Virus record (IMG/VR): IMGVR_UViG_3300045988_111919
Span: 1-29,156 of that record
Strand: one strand, 5' to 3'
Origin: a virus
DNA: 29,156 nt
Shown: piece by piece, positions 20,560 to 27,490 of the stretch
Numbering within the stretch: the stretch's first letter is position 1
Layout: every line of letters begins with the position of its first letter
Position numbers and translations under genes: made by a program
The notes under the pieces: generated by a model
Told to the model about the DNA's origin: nothing
The model's database searches: none
Seen by the model: the letters and a program-made list of their open reading frames with translations, nothing else

Positions 20560-21073
20560 AGTATTAACAAATTATCCTAACTATAGTGTATCTTCTACAG
20601 GAGATGTATATAGTAACCCATTGACTTTTAAAGATTCTATTGGAAGAACCAGAAAACAAATACATAAAAAGCTAAAACAGCATATAGATAAATATGGCTA
20701 TAATTATGTAATTCTAGTATCTGGCTTAGATAAACCTAAAGCTATTAAAGTTCACAGACTAGTAGCAGAAGCATTTATTCCAAATCCTGACAATCTACCA
20801 TATGTTAACCATATAAATGAAAATAAGACAGATAATAGGGTAGAAAATTTAGAATGATGTGATGCAAAGTATAATAATACATATGGAACTAGAATAAATA
20901 GATGTATTGATAAAATTAGTAAACCTGTAGGGCTATTTATTAATGATTTACTAGTTAAAACATATAAAAATGCAATTGAAACATCAATAGATGGGTATAC
21001 TCATAGTAGAGTTATAGATTGTCTTAAAGGAAGAACAGACACTTATAAAGGGGTAAAATTTAAATATATCTAA
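20552..21073 (+). CDS. Free-standing HNH homing endonuclease, paralog of 618-1112 (173 aa)
   Basis: ATG at 20552 overlaps the fibre stop. [37 protein letters not shown] has its Trp encoded by TGA 20855. The frame continues to TAA 21071-21073 (..GVKFKYI*). Confidence 0.8.
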
Positions 21074-21074
21074 T

Positions 21075-22043
21075 ATGGCAAATACAATTTCTGATAAATT
21101 AACGTATCTTGAAGGTACTAAGAGTGCCATTAAAGATGCTATTGTAGCTAAAGGTGTTGCTGTATCAGATTCCGATACCTTTAGAAGCTATGCAGATAAG
21201 ATAGGACAGATTTCTGGAGGTGGTGGAGGAAAGATTAATTTAAATGATTATGGATTAACATTTGCATATTCTAGTATGACACAAGAGCAATATAATAATA
21301 TAGAATATTCTCTTCCAGATAATATAAATCATTGATTTTATGGGACTAATTTCATATCTACAATAGATATATCAAGTCATATTGATCTGTCTAAAGTATA
21401 TGACGCATCATATGCCTTTCAAAACACATATAATATATATATTGATAATATAAGAACTAATGTTGGGGGTAGTGACGTATTTTATGGATTTCAAGGCACA
21501 CTAAATAATTTAGAATTAATTAATATATCCTCTAGTTGAACTTATGCAACAAGAACATTCTTTAATGCTTCTAATTTACCAACTACTTTAAAAGTGATAA
21601 ATGAAGTTGATACTGGTGTATCATCTTTACAATATTTCTTTTATTCTGTTAGCAGTAATGTTCCTGAAATTGAAGTTATTAATGGACAACTGTCTTTATA
21701 TAATTACTTTGGTTCATATAATGAGGGTGTTACAACAGTAGGAAAAATTAAATTAAATAATTGCACATTAACAGCAGATCTACATAGAACTTCAATATGT
21801 GCAGCTTCTAATACTATTGTTACTTATTTTGGGGGTGTTGAAGGAGCCGATAAAAATATGAATTTAGCAAATTTTAGAGCACTAAATAGTCAATCAGTAA
21901 CTGATATTATTACAAATGTTAGTGATTTAACTGGAAAGGATACTAAAACTTTAACTTTTTATACTAACGTTTATAATGCACTTACTGAGGAACAGAAATC
22001 ATTAGCTGCATCTAAAAACTGAACTTTAGCAAGTTCAGACTAA
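21075..22043 (+). CDS. Receptor-binding-type protein 2 (322 aa), paralogous at its C-terminus to 18537-19658
   Basis: Track ORFs 21075-21335 and 21594-22022 share a frame and join through TGAs 21333 and 21537. The frame continues through TGA 22020 to TAA 22041-22043. The N-terminus LTYLEGTKSAIKDAIVAKGVAVSDSDTFRSYADKI is fibre-adaptor-like. The C-terminus is LTEEQKSLAASKNWTLASSD. Confidence 0.6.
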
Positions 22044-22062
22044 TTGTCAGTTTTTATTTTTT

Positions 22063-22096
22063 CTTAGTACTTTGAGTGAGTAAAAAACTTGACATT
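22063..22096 (+). repeat. Conserved intergenic element copy B
   Basis: CTTAGTACTTTGAGTGAGTAAAAAACTTGACATT. It shares an exact 19-mer with 13461-13479 and carries a 4-nt GAGT duplication relative to copy A. Confidence 0.6.
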
Positions 22097-22127
22097 AAAG
22101 GAGGCTTAGGTCTCCTTTAATTATTTT
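22095..22127 (+). terminator. Rho-independent terminator
   Basis: 11-bp stem TTAAAGGAGGC/GTCTCCTTTAA (one G-U pair), tetraloop TTAG, then TTATTTT. Confidence 0.8.
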
Positions 22128-22166
22128 AATACATTAGTAAATTAGTTTATATTTTAAGAAAAAGAT

Positions 22167-22195
22167 ATGTAAAACTAATGTAAAATTATGTAAAA
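22167..22195 (+). repeat. Three tandem ATGTAAAA units (start-stop minimal ORFs / phased A-tracts) immediately before ATG 22197
   Basis: ATGTAAAA occurs at 22167, 22178 and 22188, spaced 11 and 10 nt apart. The next ATG is the start of gene 22197. Confidence 0.6.
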
Positions 22196-22196
22196 T

Positions 22197-22589
22197 ATGA
22201 ACTACAGTTTAATTCTTCAAAATACAACTACTAAAGAAGTTTATACATTTGATCTTGAAAATCAGAATTATTCTGAGAATATCTACTATAAGTTTGATAT
22301 TACACTTCAAGAAGGAATGAGAGACGGTGAATATCAATATATTTTATTTACTAATCCAAATAAATTTCAAGTTATAGTTGATGTAAACAATCCATTTAGA
22401 TCAGAGTTATATGGCAATCCAGTTATTCTGGTTACATATAATAATACTCTTACTAATGGTACTCAGATATTAGTTGCTGGTAAACCAATACCTATATTGG
22501 GAACAGGATTAATAAGAATTGGAGATTATGAGAATAATAATTATCAATACGACAAACCTAATACATACGTAAGTTATGAGCGAAAATAA
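22197..22589 (+). CDS. Hypothetical protein (130 aa)
   Basis: Track ORF with no TGA. It overlaps the portal start by 14 nt. Confidence 0.5.
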   Translation: MNYSLILQNTTTKEVYTFDLENQNYSENIYYKFDITLQEGMRDGEYQYILFTNPNKFQVIVDVNNPFRSELYGNPVILVTYNNTLTNGTQILVAGKPIPILGTGLIRIGDYENNNYQYDKPNTYVSYERK

Positions 22590-23667
22590 AACAAAAGTTC
22601 AGTTAAGTGCTATTGATCCGTTTATTGCAAGTAATATCGTATTACCTACAGAAACTAAAGTGAGAGGAAAAGATTATGTAATGTGAGGAGAAGATAATAA
22701 ATATCCATTATATCTATGGGATTTATATTTAAATGTTGCCACTCTCCAATCCATTATTAATGGTTCTGCTGACTTTATTGTTGGTAACGATGTTAAATGT
22801 AATGCTCCAGGATTTGAGGTAGTTGTAAACAAGAAAGGTGAAACAATAGTTGATATAATGAGAAAAATCACTATTGATAAGATGATATTCGGAGGTTATG
22901 CTATCCAAGTAATTAGAGATATGCTTGGAAGAGTTGCAGAGATCTATCATATTGATTTTATGAATGTAAGGTCAAGCGAAAAGAATGATATATTATATTA
23001 TGCAACTGATTGGACAGCTTGGTCTGTAAAAGCTATAAAATATCCAAAATTTGGAGCTGGGGATGAAAATCCAGCTAGTATATTTTATAATAAAGGTTAT
23101 ATAACAAGAGGAGTATATCCTATTCCTGTTTATGGAGCTGCTATTTTATCTTGCGAAACTGAGAAAAATATTAATGAATTCCATTTAAATAACATCAATA
23201 ATGGATTTATGGGTAATCTTATTATTAACTTTAATAATGGGGAACCTACAGATGAAATTAGAGAGGAGATTGAGAGGAATATTAATGAGAAGTTCTCTGG
23301 TTATCAGAATGCTGGCAGAATATTGATTTCATATAATGCAGATGAGGCAAATAAGACTACTATTGAAAGATTAGATTCTGATGATTTTGATGAGAAATAT
23401 CAATCATTATCTGAGAGAACCAGAGATCAAATATTCTGTGCCTTCAGAGCTAATCCTTCGTTGTTCGGTTTAAACTATAGCTCAGGATTTAATGAAAATG
23501 AGTTTAATGAAGCATTTAAGCTATATAATCGTACTTTTGTACGCCCAATACAATCAGAAATTTGTGACTCATTTGATAAAATCTTCGGCATTAAGAATAG
23601 TATTACTATTGAACCATTTAGTTTAACTCCAAAAGGAATGTCAGACAATGCAGAAAATGTTGAATAA
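22576..23667 (+). CDS. Portal protein (363 aa)
   Basis: ATG at 22576. The frame runs through TGA 22684 (DYVMWGEDNKYPLYLWDLY) into track ORF 22858-23667. The patterns GEDNKYP..L..LY..V..LQSIINGSADFIVG and ..IFCAFRANPSLFGL.. are typical of Phage_portal family proteins. Confidence 0.7.
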
Positions 23668-24310
23668 TTATACAGTGTACTGCCATAAGAATATAGCTGA
23701 TAATAAATTATATTTTGGAATAACATCACTTACTTTAAATAATAGATGGGGAACTAAAGGTCAAGGTTACAAGAATAATCTTTATTTTAGCAGAGCAATT
23801 AAAAAATATGGTTGAGATAATTTTGAGCATATTATAATTAGAGATAATCTTCCAGAAGCTTGTGCTAAGACTTTAGAAAAGATTCTGATTTATAAGTATA
23901 ATACTAGAAATCCAAAATATGGGTATAATTTAACTGATGGAGGAGACGGTACTTGTGGATATTCTTTTTCACAAGATTATAAAGATAGTCTTAGAATTAT
24001 AAGATCAGGAGAAAATAACTCATTTTATGGTAAACAGCATTCAGATGAAAGCAAGCGTAAAATGAGGGAGGCAAGATTAGGCAAAACTCCTTGAAATAAA
24101 GGTATGAAACTCTCAGATAAAGAAAAACAACTAATTTCAGAACGTCAGTGCAAAAAAGTATATAAGTATGATTTAGATGGTAATTTTATTTGTGAGTATA
24201 AATCAGCTAAGGAAGCTGGAGAGAAGAATAATGTAGATTCTTCTAGTATATCTAGATCTTGTAGAAAAAATAAACCCTGCAAAAATTATAAATATTATTA
24301 TGGAATATAG
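23657..24310 (+). CDS. GIY-YIG homing endonuclease, I-TevI/Seg-like (217 aa)
   Basis: ATG at 23657 overlaps the portal stop. Contains YTVYCHKNIADNKLYFGITS...AIKKYGWDNFEH...GYNLTDGGDG...NSFYGKQHSDESKRKMREARLGKTPWNKG, with TGAs at 23813 and 24092. The C-terminus is track ORF 24104-24310. Stop is TAG. Confidence 0.85.
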
Positions 24311-24977
24311 AAATGTACTATTAATATCTGAAGATTATATAAAATCAGAATCTAATCTAGACAATAATGTTTCTGGTAAATATCTTCAGTCAGCAATTAA
24401 ACTTGCACAAGATATTGAGCTTCAGTCATTAATTGGAACTAAGCTCTTAGAAAAGATTCAGAAATTAGTAATTGATTGGAAAGATCCAAATAAACCAGTT
24501 CATCCAATAGAACCTCCTATTTATGATCCTACTTCAATAGATGACCCAGAAAATCATAGATATAAAGAATTGCTAGATTACTATATTCAGCCTTATTTAC
24601 TTTATCAAGTATTAAGTGAGATTACTATACCCATCTCATTTAAGCTGAGTAATTTTGGGGTTATGAGGACTGATGATGAGAAAGATTTAACTTCTGATAT
24701 TAGCCAAGTTAATCTTATTAAGAAATATTATAGAGATAAAGCAGATTTCTTTAAAACGAGATTACAAAATTGGGTAATTACATATTATAATGATTTTCCT
24801 GAATTGTATTCTTATAAACCTCTTAAAGATATGTATCCAAATATGTATTCAAGTTCATCTTGTACTATTTGGTTAGGTGGAGCTAGAGGTAAAGGTTGGA
24901 GATATAATTCTTGTGAAGGTCCTCTGCAAAGAGCTTATGATTTCCCTTCAAGTGATAACAATAAAAAGAGTAAGTAA
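24300..24977 (+). CDS. Putative head-tail connector/adaptor protein (225 aa)
   Basis: Located after the portal. The N-terminal pattern (ISEDYIKSES..L.SAIKLAQDIELQSLIGTKLLEKI) resembles gp6-like head-tail connector families. Trp is encoded only by TGG. Confidence 0.35.
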   Translation: MEYRNVLLISEDYIKSESNLDNNVSGKYLQSAIKLAQDIELQSLIGTKLLEKIQKLVIDWKDPNKPVHPIEPPIYDPTSIDDPENHRYKELLDYYIQPYLLYQVLSEITIPISFKLSNFGVMRTDDEKDLTSDISQVNLIKKYYRDKADFFKTRLQNWVITYYNDFPELYSYKPLKDMYPNMYSSSSCTIWLGGARGKGWRYNSCEGPLQRAYDFPSSDNNKKSK

Positions 24978-24978
24978 A

Positions 24979-25404
24979 ATGACGTATTTTGAATTAATAA
25001 ACAATTTAAAAGCTTGTGCTCTTGAAGAACCCAATATTAATTTTGTAGGAAGTAAGGATATATATGAACTTAATAGTATCCCAACTATTGAATATAATGT
25101 ATTTTATATAACTCCAAATACATTTAATATGGATGAGGATACTATTACTTACTCTTTAAATCTCTATTTTATAGCAAGATGGGATGAAACTGATAATAAT
25201 CAGCTTGAAGAGCAATCAGCTGGAATATTAGCATTAACTAATATAATTAACCGATTTAATAACCAATATCCAGAAGTTGATATTTCTTATCCTTTAATTT
25301 TTACTCCATTTTATCAGAAGTTCAAAGATATTTGCACTGGAGTATTTGTTAGAGTTGATTTAGCTGTAGACAATACTCTTGGTACTTGTTCTGATAATAT
25401 GTAA
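24979..25404 (+). CDS. Hypothetical neck/structural protein (141 aa)
   Basis: ATG at 24979, right after the upstream stop and within track ORF 24877-25404. Confidence 0.45.
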   Translation: MTYFELINNLKACALEEPNINFVGSKDIYELNSIPTIEYNVFYITPNTFNMDEDTITYSLNLYFIARWDETDNNQLEEQSAGILALTNIINRFNNQYPEVDISYPLIFTPFYQKFKDICTGVFVRVDLAVDNTLGTCSDNM

Positions 25405-26057
25405 TGGAAAATAAATTAAACTGGTTTGGAAAGGTATTAGAATGAGTAGATAAATATGGACTGTGGAAAATAATTAAAGGTGGATTTGGATTTATATTTA
25501 TTTCTTATGTAATAATTATAAGTACTAATCCAGGAATAATATATGATAAAGTTGTAAGTTATATAGAAACAGTTCATAATACTAATCAAGTAATACGACA
25601 AGAAGCGGATCTTAAGGTTAGATATATCCTTAAAGACCTTTTAAATGATACGAATGCAGATAGAGCTTGAGTTATTGAGTATCATAATGGCACTTCAGGA
25701 TTAGGAGGATTACCATTCACTTATGGAATTATGAATAGTGAAGAAACAGAACCTGGAGTTGCTCCAGTTTCAAGTCACTATAAAGACTTCCTATTATCTG
25801 ATTATTTATTTATATTGGAAACATCTAAAAAAGGAGGATGATTTGGAGATGTTGAAGATATAAAGGAATTAGATAGAAGAATGTATTATGCATTTAAATC
25901 TAATGATGTTAATAAGATTGCAATATTCTATTTAAAATCAGAAGATAGAGATATTGGAATTTTAGGCTTATCTTATTGTGATAATGAGATGCCAGTTGAT
26001 ACTTGAGTAAAACTAAGAGATGCAGGAATTAAAGTAAGTATAATTTTAAATAAATAA
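25404..26057 (+). CDS. Membrane-anchored lysis-cassette protein with the same architecture as the T4 T holin: one N-terminal TM segment plus a large C-terminal domain (217 aa)
   Basis: ATG at 25404 (TAATG overlap). Continuous only if TGA=Trp, with four TGAs (LEWVD, RAWVI, GGWFG, DTWVK). TM segment is IIKGGFGFIFISYVIIIS. Lies immediately upstream of the small TM protein and the endolysin. Confidence 0.45.
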
Positions 26058-26060
26058 GTT

Positions 26061-26222
26061 ATGAAATATTGGATGAAATATTTAATAGCAATAGTAATTA
26101 TAATCTTAGTCTTTTTAATGGTAAAAGTAATTCCATTTTGGATTATATTAGTACTCATAGCACTTGGTGCAGGATGTCATTTATTTTACCGTTATACTAT
26201 GCTTAAAGATATTATTAAATAA
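26061..26222 (+). CDS. Small two-TM membrane protein, a holin/antiholin candidate (53 aa)
   Basis: MKYWMKYLIAIVIIILVFLMVKVIPFWIILVLIALGAGCHLFYRYTMLKDIIK. It has two hydrophobic helices and a charged C-terminus, and its stop overlaps the endolysin ATG (TAATG). Confidence 0.55.
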   Translation: MKYWMKYLIAIVIIILVFLMVKVIPFWIILVLIALGAGCHLFYRYTMLKDIIK

Positions 26223-26674
26223 TGAAATATTTTACTATTAGTGAATTAACAAGATCTGATACAGCTTCTATTAAGAAGATAGATAATACTCCAAATAAAG
26301 AGATTACTGAACACCTTATAGAGTTAGTCGAGAAACTTTTAGACCCATTAAGAAGTGCTTGGGCAGAGTATTGTGATGTTAATCGGTTGGGGAATCCAGC
26401 AATAAGTGTGAATTCAGGTTATAGATGTAATGAGCTTAATAAAGCTGTAGGAGGATCTTTGACATCTGCCCATCTAACAGGATATGCAGCAGATATAATT
26501 CCAAGTAACGGCCAAATGAAAGAATTTCAGGTTTGGATTACTGAAGCTATTGAAAAGTATGATTTTGATCAACTTATTTATGAGAAACCTAGAAATGGAA
26601 TAGCTAGTTGAATTCATTTAGGACTGAAGAATAAAGAGGGTTTGCAGAGAAGACAGAAATTTACAATTATATAA
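26222..26674 (+). CDS. Endolysin, Peptidase_M15 family (zinc D-Ala-D-Ala / L-Ala-D-Glu peptidase type; 150 aa)
   Basis: SGYRCNELNKAVGGSLTSAHLTGYAADI carries the H-x6-D zinc motif. The third-ligand region ASWIHLG is reached only by reading TGA 26609 as Trp. Stop is TAA 26672-26674. Confidence 0.85.
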
Positions 26675-26676
26675 TT

Positions 26677-27060
26677 ATGGACTCCAAATCAAGTAAACTG
26701 CTTCATAAGACAAAGAAGAAAGTAAGAAGTGAAGAATATTTAAAGTACCAAAGATATATAAGATCAAAGGATTTTAAGGCCATTAGAGAGCAAATATTAT
26801 TGCGGGATAACTACCACTGCCAAACTTGTAACTGATGTGTTCAGGAAGGCGGAAATAGGTCTTTATCGGTACATCATAAGACGTATGAGAATTTATATAA
26901 TGAGCAGGAACATTTGGAAGATTTAATAACATTATGTTCAGTTTGTCATAAAGCTATTCATCGGTTAGTAATTATCAAAGATTTAAACAGAAATAGGAGG
27001 GTTTATGCCCTCCTATTTTCATTTATTCCATCATTTCAAATAATTTATCATCTTCTTTAG
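26677..27060 (+). CDS. Small HNH endonuclease (127 aa), of the type often associated with terminase
   Basis: CQTCNWC...LSVHHKTYENLYNEQEHLEDLITLCSVCHKAIH forms a Cys4 + HNH core, with TGA 26833 read as Trp. The C-terminal ~20 codons run through the bidirectional terminator, so the real C-terminus is uncertain. Confidence 0.65.
26993..27020. terminator. Bidirectional terminator between the convergent arms
   Basis: 9-bp stem ATAGGAGGG/CCCTCCTAT with loop TTTATG. It is A-rich upstream and T-rich downstream, so it could act on both strands. Confidence 0.7.
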
Positions 27061-27166
27061 GTATTAAATCTCCTGTTTGTAAGTCTACTAAAAACTTACT
27101 ATTTTCTGGTATTACATATACATAATACACTCCATTTATACATACTTTATAGGTTTGGTATTTCAT
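27023..27166 (-). CDS. Hypothetical small protein (47 aa)
   Basis: Reverse strand reads MKYQTYKVCINGVYYVYVIPENSKFLVDLQTGDLIPKEDDKLFEMME*. It is tightly packed after the upstream minus-strand ORF. Confidence 0.35.
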   Translation of the reverse strand: MKYQTYKVCINGVYYVYVIPENSKFLVDLQTGDLIPKEDDKLFEMME

Positions 27167-27167
27167 A

Positions 27168-27308
27168 TTAATCAGTATATGTTGCATTAGTAATTTCTGG
27201 TTTTGGCATTTCTTCTACTTCTTCCCAAACTAAACCTCTATTCTGGTTTTCTAGTTGAACTATTCTGTATTCTAGTTCTTCAAGCTTTTTAAATAAATGA
27301 TCATCCAT
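27168..27308 (-). CDS. Hypothetical small coiled-coil protein (46 aa)
   Basis: Reverse strand reads MDDHLFKKLEELEYRIVQLENQNRGLVWEEVEEMPKPEITNATYTD*. Confidence 0.35.
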   Translation of the reverse strand: MDDHLFKKLEELEYRIVQLENQNRGLVWEEVEEMPKPEITNATYTD

Positions 27309-27310
27309 AA

Positions 27311-27472
27311 TTAATCAAATTTAGAAATAAACATATAATCTTTATTTTTTAATACTTTGTCTATAATATCACCAAATCTTTTAGTAGCCTCTTTACATTC
27401 GAGCATTCATTTATCCAATTCTTTAATATACTCTTCTGTTTGTTTAATTGTTTCTTTAATATCACTTTCCAT
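27311..27472 (-). CDS. Hypothetical small protein (53 aa)
   Basis: Reverse strand reads MESDIKETIKQTEEYIKELDKWMLECKEATKRFGDIIDKVLKNKDYMFISKFD*. The Trp is a TGA (plus-strand TCA at 27407-27409). Confidence 0.35.
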
Positions 27473-27490
27473 ATCACAAATATAATATTT

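Noticed and set aside
18537-22043. Diversity-generating retroelement acting on the two similar RBP C-termini
   Set aside because: There is no reverse transcriptase ORF in the window. The two copies differ throughout rather than at adenine-specific positions, and the shared stretch is only about 15 nt.
22167-22195. CRISPR array or tRNA in the intergenic regions
   Set aside because: The only tandem repeat is 8 nt x3 with 2-3-nt spacers, far too small for CRISPR. None of the four sizeable non-coding gaps contains a 7-bp acceptor pairing with a GTTCRA-type T-loop or a CTTCAAA-type anticodon loop.
22674-23729. Minus-strand track ORFs 22674-22871, 22729-22950 and 23475-23729
   Set aside because: They lie antisense to the portal and GIY-YIG genes. 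Their translations are Ile/Asn/Ser/Leu-rich junk typical of AT-rich antisense frames.
25973-26158. Minus-strand track ORF 25973-26158
   Set aside because: It is antisense to the end of the membrane-anchored lysis gene and to the small two-TM holin candidate. The plus-strand genes are tightly coupled (TAATG overlaps) and explain the region.
2735-26674. Interpretation as a decayed prophage full of pseudogenes with premature stops
   Set aside because: Only TGA interrupts the genes, never TAA or TAG. The reading frame is preserved across every interruption, and coding potential is continuous for up to 1149 codons. Random decay would also produce frameshifts and the other stop codons.
26222-26674. 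A Mycoplasma/Spiroplasma (natural table-4) host
   Set aside because: The phage encodes a peptidoglycan-cleaving M15 peptidase with a holin-type cassette, which has no substrate in wall-less Mollicutes. BACON-like domains and the lack of SD motifs point elsewhere. This rests on inference, so it is rejected only provisionally.
194-27472. TGA read as Gly (table 25, Gracilibacteria/Absconditabacteria type) instead of Trp
   Set aside because: TGA sits where the families I recognise have invariant aromatic Trp (NLEW of HNH, GGYxWxY, KYGWDNF, WIHL of M15). One paralog uses TGG at the same column where the other uses TGA.
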